A stretch of DNA of 59,143 nucleotides, the filler included, from Squatina squatina (lineage: Eukaryota), in NCBI GenBank assembly GCA_031763465.1. It is 3 parts of 3 records of this genome, joined end to end, with 100 filler letters (N's around TTAATTAATTAA, not from the genome) between each part and the next. Parts side by side here need not be neighbours in the genome. Positions count along the whole stretch, not along the records: positions 14,032 to 40,541 come from JARFOE010000051.1; positions 40,642 to 59,143 come from JARFOE010000162.1; 1 more part is not named here. The stretch is one strand, 5' to 3'. Under the pieces are notes generated by a model that did not search any database, was not told where the DNA came from, and saw nothing but the letters and a program-made list of their open reading frames with translations. Below, in pieces: positions 37,677-48,306 of the stretch; the first letter of the stretch is position 1; every line of letters starts with the position of its first letter. The translations under genes were made by a program, and so were the position numbers.

Positions 37677-38019
37677 ATTCCCAATAGATTGCTAGCTGAA
37701 AAGTGATTCTAAGAAAGGTAGGTGAATTGCCATGTGTGGTACTTCTGCTCTCCGCTGTAACCTTGGCCCAAGAGCCATGGAAACTCTGGAAAAATGGTGC
37801 TTTTGACATTTTTCTGGATTTTCCATTGGCTCTTCCACCAAAGTTATGGTGGATAGGAGCAGGAGCCCCCACAGTAATTCACCCCCATAGAACCATAGAA
37901 ACTTACATCACAGAAGGAGGCCATTCAGATCAACATGCCTGTCCGCTCTTTGCTAAAACAGTCAAAACTAATCTAACCACCCATAGCCCTTTATTATCCT
38001 CTTCTTGAAATAATATATA

Positions 38020-38700
38020 GAATTACATAGACTTTACAGCACTGAAATAGGCCATTCAGCCCAACTGGTCTATGCTGTTGTTTATGCTGCACAGGAACCT
38101 TCTCTGACCACTTCATCTCACCCCATCAGCACATCCTACTATTCCTTTCTCCCTTATATCTAGTCTCCCCATAAATGCATCGACAATATTCGCCTCAACT
38201 ACTCCATGTAACAGCAAGTTCCATATTCTAACCACTTTTTGGGTAAAGAAGTTCCTCCTAAAATCCTTAGGGATTTATTAGTGACTGTCTTATATTTATG
38301 TCCCCNNNNNNNNNNCTCGAAATATATGGCAGCATCTTTTCTACATCTACTCTATCAAACCCTGTCATAATCTTAAAGACCTCTATTAGGTCATCCCTGA
38401 GACTTATTTATAGAGTAAAGAGCCCCCAGCCTGGTTAGCCTTTCCTGATAGTTAGAACCCCTCAGTTCTGGTATCACCCTTGTAAATCTGTGTTGCACCC
38501 TCTCCAGTGCCTCTATATCCTTTATGTAATATGGCGACCTGAACTGTGCACAGTACCTGGAGTGTGACCTAGACATATAATTTAACATAACTTCTCTGCT
38601 TTTCAATGCTATTCCTGTCGGAATGTACCCCAGTGCTACGTTTGTATTTTAAAAAATGTTTTTGATGGCATTGCTACTTTTAATGATTTGTGAATATTTA
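38020..38700 (-). mobile_element. CR1 LINE 3' fragment
   Basis: KSREVMLN...YCAQFRSPYYIKDIEALERVQHRFTRVIPELRG..YQERL; tail near 38020. Confidence 0.85.
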
Positions 38701-39019
38701 TCTGCTCTTCTCTCTAAAGATGTAGTGGTGTCTGCTTAACTTACTCTGAAGCAATGCNNNNNNNNNNNNNNNNNNNNNNNNNNNNNNNNNNNNNNNNNNN
38801 NNNNNNNNNNNNNNNNNNNNNNNNNNNNNNNNNNNNNNNNNNNNNNNNNNNNNNNNNNNNNNNNNNNNNNNNNNNNNNNNNNNNNNNNNNNNNNNNNNNN
38901 NNNNNNNNNNNNNNNNNNNNNNNNNNNNNNNNNNNNNNNNNNNNNNNNNNNNNNNNNNNNNNNNNNNNNNNNNNNNNNNNNNNNNNNNNNNNNNNNNNNN
39001 NNNNNNNNNNNNNNNNNNN

Positions 39020-39245
39020 GTGTCTACAGCTGCTTGGGCCCTATGCTTTGGAATTCCCTCCCTAAGCTCCTCCGCCTCTCTACCTCTCTCCTTTAAGATG
39101 CTCCTTAAAACCTACATTTTTGACCAAGCCTTTGGTCACCTGTACTAATATCTCCTTTGGCTCAGTGTCAATTTTTGTCTGATAATACTACTGTTAAGCG
39201 CCTTGGGACATTTATGTTAAAGATGCTGTTTAAATGTAAGCTGTT
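39020..39245 (+). mobile_element. L2-clade LINE 3' end
   Basis: LGPYAL...tggaattccctccctaag...gcgccttgggacatttatgttaaagatgctgtttaaatgtaag tail. Confidence 0.7.
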
Positions 39246-40541
39246 ATTGATGAAGCTTAATTAGTTGATAAAAACACACAGAATGAATGAGTAAAGACAC
39301 TTTGTCCCATACAATTTGTCTTAATGGACTCTACCCAACCTGCCCAATGTCTTGATTTAAGGGACAAACTCTCTCAAATCAGCATTATTTTATAAAAACA
39401 TAAAAATTAGGAGCAGGAGTTGGCCAGACAGCCCCTCGAGCCTGCTCCGCCATTCAGTAAGATCATGGTTGATCTTCAACCTCAACTCCACTTTCCCACC
39501 CGATCCCCACATTTTTTAATTCCCCTAGAATCTGAATTTTGGGAAACCTCACCACAACTCTGAAGGTTATGAAGCAAAAGCTCCACTGTCCACTAATTCC
39601 CATTGGCTATTAATTTTCCTTGTCTTATAACACAGAGTATTCAGTCTCATGCCACAGATAATCCATCTCCTTAGACAAGTTGAACTTTGAAGCCTTTATC
39701 CTGATCAGAATTATCCAGCTTTTTAAAAAAAAAAGTGTAATTGACAAGGTTAAGTTGTTTTTGTGCTTCAGAAATCACCTACTCTGGAAGGGGACAATCC
39801 CTTCGAGTCTGCCATCTTGCATGGGAATTGCTAACTTTCTATTTATTCCCTCCAGTTCTGCAGTTCGAGATTAGGTTAAATAAATTGCTCTATCTGTATT
39901 ACCTGCGACTGACATCACTGGGCGATATTTTGTGCCTGCAGTCTTTTCTATAACAAAATACAATTTCTTCATTGAGTTGTGCTTTTCCTTTGAAATTCTT
40001 CAATGTGAAGGTAGAACATACAATTATGATCGCTGTATTGATGTGACCTTGTCATAATAACCTGCTTTGAGTTAATTGCTAAATGCTTTTGAGAATCGTT
40101 TCTCTTACTCGATTAACCTAATTCTGGAAAATTCACATCCACTAAGTGCTTTCGGTGCAGCCTTTTTAATCAACTCAAATCATTTTCCTTTTCCACATTC
40201 GCAAATATGTTGTTGCACTCAGCAAATCCTTGAGTGTAGTGTTGCAAGCTTGCACATTAATCAACTCCTCATCAGACAAGATCAAAGAACTGGCAGGAGA
40301 TGGAATGTCTTCTAACCCCATAATCCAGGTCAGAACTCCTGGATCTCTGAAAAATTCATGGCAGGAGTTTTTGTAAAAATATGTGAGGAAATTTGATCTT
40401 TAAATTGAATTGAATGATTCTTTGTGGCTCAGGCTAGAGCCTGTCCAAATGCAAGTTAATTACTTAGACACCAATAGTGTAATGACTATTACAGTTACAC
40501 AATAGACTCAAACGACCTGCAGAGCCAAGGTGATCAAGTTT

Positions 40542-40641
40542 NNNNNNNNNNNNNNNNNNNNNNNNNNNNNNNNNNNNNNNNNNNNTTAATTAATTAANNN
40601 NNNNNNNNNNNNNNNNNNNNNNNNNNNNNNNNNNNNNNNNN
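40542..40641. other. Artificial scaffold linker N44-TTAATTAATTAA-N44
   Basis: 12-mer at 40586-40597 flanked by 44 N on each side. Confidence 0.95.
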
Positions 40642-40642
40642 C

Positions 40643-40751
40643 CTGGTTAATAGGGTTGGATTTGAGGGTGTCTGAACTTCCCATGTAGTCCTCGTTCCAT
40701 CCATGAAAGTTGGGCGAGTTCAGTTCTGCTGTATCCAGGCAATCAAGACTT
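40643..40751 (-). CDS. DLGAP4: DLGAP4 third coding exon (possible 5' extension to 40790)
   Basis: ccacag|A AGT CTT GAT = (K)SLDCLDTAELNSPNFHGWNEDYMGSSDTLKSNPINQ|g; phase 2 fits the previous exon; resembles recalled human SLDRLDSVDMLLPSKCPSWEEDY...SCISQ; donor cut by the linker. Confidence 0.8.
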
Positions 40752-42656
40752 CTGTGGATGGACTCACTCACTGATGCAAGATAGCTGTGGCTGCACAATG
40801 TGAAGTATTGAAGATTGGTCACTAAAAAACCTTTACATTCAATACACTCATTCACATTTCTAAATTTCTTCTTAAGAATGAGATACATTAAGAATTACAT
40901 AGAGTTACGTAGAATGTACAGTGCAAGAACAGGCCATTCGGCCCAACTGATCCATGTTGGCATTTCAGCTCTACACAAGCCTCTCCCACCCCTCTTCATC
41001 TAAATCCATCAGCATAAAAGAGGTCAAATGTACAGTAGGTCATTGGAGCTAAAAAAAAATGACTTCATCAGATGTAGCCCAAAAGCCTGCAAATTTTTTT
41101 GAGCACCGTTCTTTGCACGTTTAAATTATCTATTCAGGCAAACTAGTCCCACAAAAGTTGATTCTAACAGATGTGCTTGGAATGTATCAGGATTACACAT
41201 CAGGCACAGATGATGTCATCTTGTATACACTTAAGGCTGTACAATCAACTCGGTTCCCAGACATTAGCAACATATGTTTAAATTCTAATTAGAGCAACCT
41301 AAGGCATATCTTAGGTTTGGCTTCACAAAATCGTGGAGCAAAAATATTTAAAAATGAAATGGAACTTTTTTGCAAAATACAGTATCAACACAGAAAAGTG
41401 ACACTTTACATATTGAACATTAAAGCATGTTATTGCTTATTAAAGGTTGTGCGGATTCTAATTTTGTTTTGTGTTGCCTCATTGTACCAATAATAATGAA
41501 AGGCATGAGGTGATGACGCTGCTGGGGNNNNNNNNNNNNNNNNNNNNNNNNNNNNNNNNNNNNNNNNNNNNNNNNNNNNNNNNNNNNNNNNNNNNNNNNN
41601 NNNNNNNNNNNNNNNNNNNNNNNNNNNNNNNNNNNNNNNNNNNNNNNNNNNNNNNNNNNNNNNNNNNNNNNNNNNNNNNNNNNNNNNNNNNNNNNNNNNN
41701 NNNNNNNNNNNNNNNNNNNNNNNNNNNNNNNNNNNNNNNNNNNNNNNNNNNNNNNNNNNNNNNNNNNNNNNNNNNNNNNNNNNNNNNNNNNNNNNNNNNN
41801 NNNNNNNNNNNNNNNNNNNNNNNNNNNNNNNNNNNNNNNNNNNNNNNNNNNNNNNNNNNNNNNNNNNNNNNNNNNNNNNNNNNNNNNNNNNNNNNNNNNN
41901 NNNNNNNNNNNNNNNNNNNNNNNNNNNNNNNNNNNNNNNNNNNNNNNNNNNNNNNNNNNNNNNNNNNNNNNNNNNNNNNNNNNNNNNNNNNNNNNNNNNN
42001 NNNNNNNNNNNNNNNNNNNNNNNNNNNNNNNNNNNNNNNNNNNNNNNNNNNNNNNNNNNNNNNNNNNNNNNNNNNNNNNNNNNNNNNNNNNNNNNNNNNN
42101 NNNNNNNNNNNNNNNNNNNNNNNNNNNNNNNNNNNNNNNNNNNNNNNNNNNNNNNNNNNNNNNNNNNNNNNNNNNNNNNNNNNNNNNNNNNNNNNNNNNN
42201 NNNNNNNNNNNNNNNNNNNNNNNNNNNNNNNNNNNNNNNNNNNNNNNNNNNNNNNNNNNNNNNNNNNNNNNNNNNNNNNNNNNNNNNNNGAGGCTCCCTC
42301 CTGGCAGTCTGCTCGCTTTTCTTGGCTAGGTGCACTTCAGGTTGGTATGCTCCCCAAACCTGATTGCACAGTTTACATCATTGCAAAGCAGAAGATCCTA
42401 GTCATTGGCCCAAACTGCGTAATATAATAACCCTAAAAATGTATCATCTGCACCCCATAATTAGAATGGAGTGTTGAAAAGATAGATTGCCTACCTTAGT
42501 GCCTTTGAATGCAAATATTTTCCACATACTGCAAGAGTCTGTCATTTGTCCCATTGATCTTGGAGTCAAAAGATCGACATACAGAACCTGATGCCATAAG
42601 TATTATTGTTGAAATGCAATTCACTGTTCATACGCACCATAAAACGATGTCAACAG

Positions 42657-42820
42657 GGGCAATTTTAACTTTTGTCGATAATGTAAAATGGCCGCCCGTT
42701 ATATACCCCAGCCCATTTTCCTTTCCATAAAGTTAATGGATAAGAAAATCAGGCGAGGTGGATATCGTCAGCGATCTGATATTGTCCATTTTCCACTATA
42801 GCCAAAAGTTAAATTTACCC
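42657..42820. mobile_element. 164-bp Harbinger-type MITE with CAG TSD
   Basis: GGGCAATTTTAACTTTTGTCGATAATGTAAAATGG / CCATTTTCCACTATAGCCAAAAGTTAAATTTACCC imperfect TIRs; CAG at 42654-42656 and 42821-42823. Confidence 0.72.
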
Positions 42821-43632
42821 CAGTGTACCTTAGCCCCAGCTTGTTATGACCTTTACCGCAGTATTTGGCTGTATTATACAGCTTGATTCTGACAGAAATT
42901 CCTATTAGTGCCTATAGGGAATGATGGGAGGAAGCGTGGTGTCTGGAGAATGGTTTCAAAAGAAGAAAGCACCAGGTGATCCATCTTTCTTCTTCATTCT
43001 GCATTGTCCATACGATATAAGAGCCAAGAATAATAAGATTCAGATGGAGGAGTGCCTCTGTCGTGGAGTTTCAACAGAGAGGATGGATCTGCCAAAGGTT
43101 AAATTTAGGGAAGTCAGCAGATCCAACTAGTAGTGCTTCATGAATGTGAGAGGATTACTTCCAAGAACAGCTTTGCAAATAATGTCAATGGACATTTGTT
43201 TGAGGGAAACCCAGAATATGAAAGACTGAAACCTGACCTTGGGTTTGGATTCCACAAGCCAGTAACAATAAAGAATGCATTCTACCATGTATTTAGCTAC
43301 TCTAGCTTACTTAATGTTCCATCTTGCTTAATGTTTTTGTTCCACGGGAAATTAAACCTGTCATGATTTATGGAAATGTTCTGTGTGTATGAAATAGCTT
43401 GTAAAGCCCTGAGAGTATCTAAGTAATGGAGTTGGCAATAAAATTTGTGAGATGGAGGAATAATAACTCCAATCCCAAATGAAAGTGATAGGTTACCTTG
43501 TGTAAGAAAGCAGGTGAAGCCTTAAGCAAGAANNNNNNNNNNNNNNNNNNNNNNNNNNNNNNNNNNNNNNNNNNNNNNNNNNNNNNNNNNNNNNNNNNNN
43601 NNNNNNNNNNNNNNNNNNNNNNNNNNNNNNNN

Positions 43633-43750
43633 TGGAGAGAAAGCAGGTACGGGGTACTGAGTTGCATGATCAGCCATGATCATATTGAATGGCGGTGCAG
43701 GCTCGAAAGACCGAATGGCCTACTCCTGCACCTATTTTCTATGTTTCTAT
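43633..43750 (+). mobile_element. CR1 LINE 3' tail
   Basis: gatcagccatgatcatattgaatggcggtgcaggctcgaaagaccgaatggcctactcctgcacctattttctatgtttctatg. Confidence 0.8.
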
Positions 43751-44938
43751 GATCGTTAACAAATATGTTTTGATGAGCTTCAACTTTGAGAAGCTCTGTT
43801 CACTGCTCGCATGGTTAACAGGATCCTGAGTGCTATCTATGTGTTTGGAAACTTGCTCTTCAAACTTAAAGTTTGTTCTGCTTGAGGAGCACTACATTCC
43901 ATTGGAAGCAGACTTTGGAGAAAGCAAAGTTCTTCACAGAGGTTGATGCAGTTACTGTCAGATGCCCCTGATCACGGCGTCCCCCCACTCCCAACCACGT
44001 CGCCCATCCGTAAGGCTGGCATTGATGGCAATGATAAAGTGTGCTCTGCTGCAGGATAGAATGCAGAACAAGCTTGCACAGGGCTGTTTTCTGAGGGGGT
44101 TAGCCTGTAGCTTCAGTGATGGTGTAAACTTTACGGCCTGCATACTTTGCCCATGGTATTAGGAAAGACTGCATAGCCTTAATTTGGCAGACTTCCTGAG
44201 TCTATTAAACTTTATTTCATCTGTTCCTTTGTCCTTTGGATTAGTATGGGGTGAGGGGAAGTTAATGAGTAAATAATTTAATGCACTGCATTTTGGTTAT
44301 TAGTAAATGTTGCAATGGATCAGTGTAATATTTACCAAGTGAGTGTATTCCCACTTGTAAGCAGGAAAATTATAATCATTACCTGCAGCAATGTAAATCG
44401 TCGCATCATGTCACATATGTAGAAGTGTGATCCAGGCCAATGGCCCTGGCTGCACAATGGTTTTTAAAAAAAATCAATGTTACTATTGTCACAATAGCAA
44501 CAGCATAATCTATTGTCCACTGGAATATGTCAACATTTTAAATGGTCAGCAAGGTAAGACACACCCTTTAAGTGAGATGTTGTTTAAATTCTCTATATCT
44601 GAGCTGGTTTCTGACTGAAGTCTCTTGATGTAAAAGACAGCAACTTGATTTAATTTAACGACCAAACCATGAATTCCACTATTAAAGGACTGTGGAATGA
44701 AGAAGACTGATTGTGTTTTCCGAAAACAAAATCACTTTGTCAAAGTTATTGACAGTCACTTTCCTGAACCATGAGTCAGCAGTTCGCAAACCCGAGATTA
44801 CAAAAGCTATTTAATAATTTAATGCTTTCAAAGAAGAATATGGAAGTCATGATAATGAAACACCATCAAGCATAAAAGAAAAGCAATGCAACAAAACAAC
44901 ATGACGTATAGAAGAAATGAGCACGGATGAAAACTTAC

Positions 44939-45159
44939 TTGCGCTGGCTGATCTGATCACTGAGCGATTGCTGTGTGGCCTTGAGATAACTTTGACGTCT
45001 TGCTGCAGTCTTCGGGGATGGTTTGGGGCTCATCTCAGAGTCCTCACTGTCATCATCTCCCATTGCCTTTATGTAGCTGCCACTACGCATTCGCCGACAG
45101 GGAATTTCTCCCACTTTTCCACGTGAAAGAGTGCTATTCCAGTCCTCGTGAAGAGGGAC
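44939..45159 (-). CDS. DLGAP4: DLGAP4 second coding exon (221 bp; GK-binding repeats)
   Basis: gcag|GTCCCT...CAGCGCAA|gtaagt = VPLHEDWNSTLSRGKVGEIPCRRMRSGSYIKAMGDDDSEDSEMSPKPSPKTAARRQSYLKATQQSLSDQISQR; matches recalled IPCRRMRSGSYIKAMGDEDS...SPKPSPKTAARRQSYLRATQQSL; phase 0/2. Not in the ORF track. Confidence 0.95.
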
Positions 45160-47341
45160 CTGCTCAAGATGGAGTACTCTTTATTAGACCAAGTGCTTTT
45201 CCACTTCATTTATTTCAATGATAATGAAAGAATGACAGCATAGTGTTGCTCCCAGNNNNNNNNNNNNNNNNNNNNNNNNNNNNNNNNNNNNNNNNNNNNN
45301 NNNNNNNNNNNNNNNNNNNNNNNNNNNNNNNNNNNNNNNNNNNNNNNNNNNNNNNACACATTCACCAAAATGATCCTGGGTGTCAATTCAGAAGTATAAT
45401 GGGCTCATCTCGTTTTCTGCTGTCATCGGTTTGCAGCAGAGAAAAACAACACTTCACAGGATCCATGCTGACTGCTGCACAATTTAACTTCTCTGTGGAG
45501 ATAGTCTGCTGTTAAAGATACATTCTGTTCTAAACTGTAACTGACAGATGATAAATTTAGAGGAGAATAATATGGATCAAAGCAACTTAACTAAATTGTG
45601 GAAACACAGATCGAATGTAGAAAGGGCAGGCTGGGAGAAATAATTGGGAAGGCATAATTGGTTTGTGACACTTATCATTGATAATTCATTTTTAGAAAAA
45701 GATAATGAAGCATTAAACCAAATGACTGAGCTTTTTATTTGTTTAGAAATGCACTTTTAGTCTGCGTCAAATTGAGCAACAGATAATTAAAGGCAGATAA
45801 CCAATAACTTTGCAAGAGGGCTTGTAGCCATTTTTTGTTGTGTTTGTAGTGATGTTGGCAAATTAGATTACATTTTAATTTAAAATTATTATCCATCTTT
45901 GATGTTATTCATTATCATTTCATTATATATTTCTTTGAAGTTTAGTGCAGGAAAGATCAGACAATAATAAGTATGGGGAATTCTAACATTCAGACTTCAC
46001 CCTCGCCATCTAAATCTACCCTGGTCCTGACCTGCGCTCCTGACAGGATCTATATTGTCAGGAGGGTGCCTGCCAGTGCAGAGGTTGAGAATCCCAGAGA
46101 TGCTGCAGTGGAGGTGCCGATCTCCCAGAACACTGAGCGAGGGACTTTAAAGAGGCTGTAGCACAGCAAAGCTCTGAAACCATGAGTCACTGAAGACCTC
46201 AGCAGAGACCAGGGTCTTTCAAAGGTAGACCGAACAGGAGAGGAAGCCGCTGAGAGGTCCTCTCCTTTCATGAGGCCACCTCAGGGCAATTACCGCCAAT
46301 CCCCAGGGCCACCTTCCTACAGCAACTGTAATATTAGAGGATAGAAGGAAAATCCATCAAGACCCAGGCTCCCGCCCCTGGCCACCAATGCAGGCGTGGG
46401 TGGGCAAGAAGCGGGCAGCGATGGTTCGAGCAGAGGCTGGGGGGAAGGAAATTATGGTGATGGTGGTGAAGTAGCGGGAGGCTTTACTGCTCTATTATCT
46501 TACCATTTCTGTTGCAATTCCGCCCGATTTCAGACAAGATCTCAGAGGAAAATCCTCCCAATAAGAAGATTGGAAGAAGAAAAGGCCTTTCAGAGAATCT
46601 AGCTCAGCATATCATGCATTGCAACACTGGACGTGCTCAGGTTNNNNNNNNNNNNNNNNNNNNNNNNNNNNNNNNNNNNNNNNNNNNNNNNNNNNNNNNN
46701 NNNNNNNNNNNNNNNNNNNNNNNNNNNNNNNNNNNNNNNNNNNAACCTGTATCTACTTTCAGTACATTATGGATCAGCAGCAAAACTTCATACATTTCTC
46801 CTCCCCCACCCCGTCATGGATGTATGGAAGTAGATAGTGAATTACAACAATTAAATGATTTCAGAGGGAAAATGATCACTCATTGTAATGCTGTTAGGCT
46901 AATTTTACTTTTGCAAGTTCCTAATGAAAATTTAAACTGCCACTGAATGGTCTATTACCTGGATTAAATGTGGCTGCTTTCCAGTTATGCTTAAGACATT
47001 ATAGAACGTCAGACAAATTCCGCTAAATTGCAATATCAACTCTCTGAAACCACTCTGCTGTGAATTGTTTTTAGTACAGTTCTACTGATAATGCCATACA
47101 TTTGTCAGATGAAAGGTGCACTTTAAAAGTTGGATGTTATTCAACACTCTTTAAATTAACATTCGTGGCGTCCCCTGGTTCCCAAAGGAAATGTAATTGA
47201 AATATGTAATAGGATGTAAAGTAGAGCTAAAAGTTGTAAAGCCGCAATTTACATTTTGTGAAATGAATAAAAGATATTATGGGAGCTGAGTTTTGCTTAC
47301 TGAAGATCGGAACTTGCCAACCTTCAAAACACGTCACCTAC

Positions 47342-48306
47342 CTTCAAGTACTGAGAAGCAAGATCATGATGATATGACTTGGATTTCAATAGCGCTTTGT
47401 CCATAGTAGCAGACGACTTTTGGCAAACTTCTCGAGTCTGACTTAGGGTCAGTGTGGACCAAGAACCCCTCTTTATGTACTTTGAGTCAGCGTTTATTGG
47501 TATATTCACACATGGTGAACATTTCAAGTCATTATTGCTCTTTGAAGCTTTAAGGGTATGTTCACTGATTGTGTTATATGCATTCATGAAGTATTTGGCA
47601 GGTCCGTGGTCAGGACGTCTACCAAGTGTCATTAAACTCATTGGATTCCGGTAGTTGCAGTTGTCACTATCCAGGNNNTCATCGGAACTCCACCAGCCTG
47701 ATATGTTTGTTCTTGTTCTGCGTTTTGAGTCCAATTTTCGGTCCTTGCTCTTGCTTCGCTTGCTCTGTTTGGGGTCCTCCGAGCCATATTTGCTGCCATT
47801 CATACTTCCTTTTCCGGTGCCTTCGAGGGACTGAGATTTCGCAAAGAGCTTTTGCACAGAGTGTACGAGGTGGCGTATCCGACCCGGACTTTCGCTCCGG
47901 TGTTTGTTGTCGCTCCTCTGGAACTGCAGAGTGTGAAATCCATCCCTGTGCATAGGCNNNNNNNNNNCAGCTGCTTCTCAAACTGGTCCAGCAGGTTAGC
48001 AGGAATGCGATTTATTTTGCTCGTGGAAGTATTCGGGGTGAAACCACATTCATCTTGCAGGTCAAAGTGCGAGTTATAGTGGATCCTGGGGAAGGTGCTG
48101 CTGGCAATCTGGTTGTTCAAGGGGAGGAGGCAGTCTCCCTGTACAGCACTGGAAGCTGGGAACCGGTGATGCTCCATTTGATATGAGTCCGCTGGACTGA
48201 GCAGATAGGGATTCCTTTCCTGGGTAGGGGTTGGGTACATTTGGTCATTTGTAGGTTCACAGTTGTCAGAAAGGTGACGGCTTCGGTTACCTCCTAACCC
48301 TTTCAT
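47342..48306 (-). CDS. DLGAP4: DLGAP4 (SAPAP4) first coding exon; exon begins at the acceptor at 48370
   Basis: MKGLGGNRSRHLSD...RNPYLLSP...STFPRIHYNSHF...KINRIPANLLDQFEKQL/PMHRDGF...ESPGRIRHLVHSVQKLF...NISGWWSSD..LD...KRGSWSTLTLS...DKALLKSKS...YLK|gtaggt. RHLSD, IHYNSHF and NISGWW favour DLGAP4 over DLGAP1-3; acceptor ttctttgcag at 48371+; apparent frameshift coincides with a 10-N gap. Confidence 0.93.

Noticed and set aside
41430-42427. Long ORFs of ~300 aa (also 50960-51901, 38754-39065 and other X-rich ORFs)
   Set aside because: Open only because they run through N gaps
47958-47967. Apparent frameshift/pseudogenisation of DLGAP4
   Set aside because: It falls exactly on a 10-N gap; the flanks CAGCTG and (G)CCTATG join to the expected QLPMHR, so it is an assembly artefact
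13236-48306. ANGPT2-DLGAP4 linkage as an ancient paralogon remnant
   Set aside because: The genes lie on different scaffolds separated by artificial linkers
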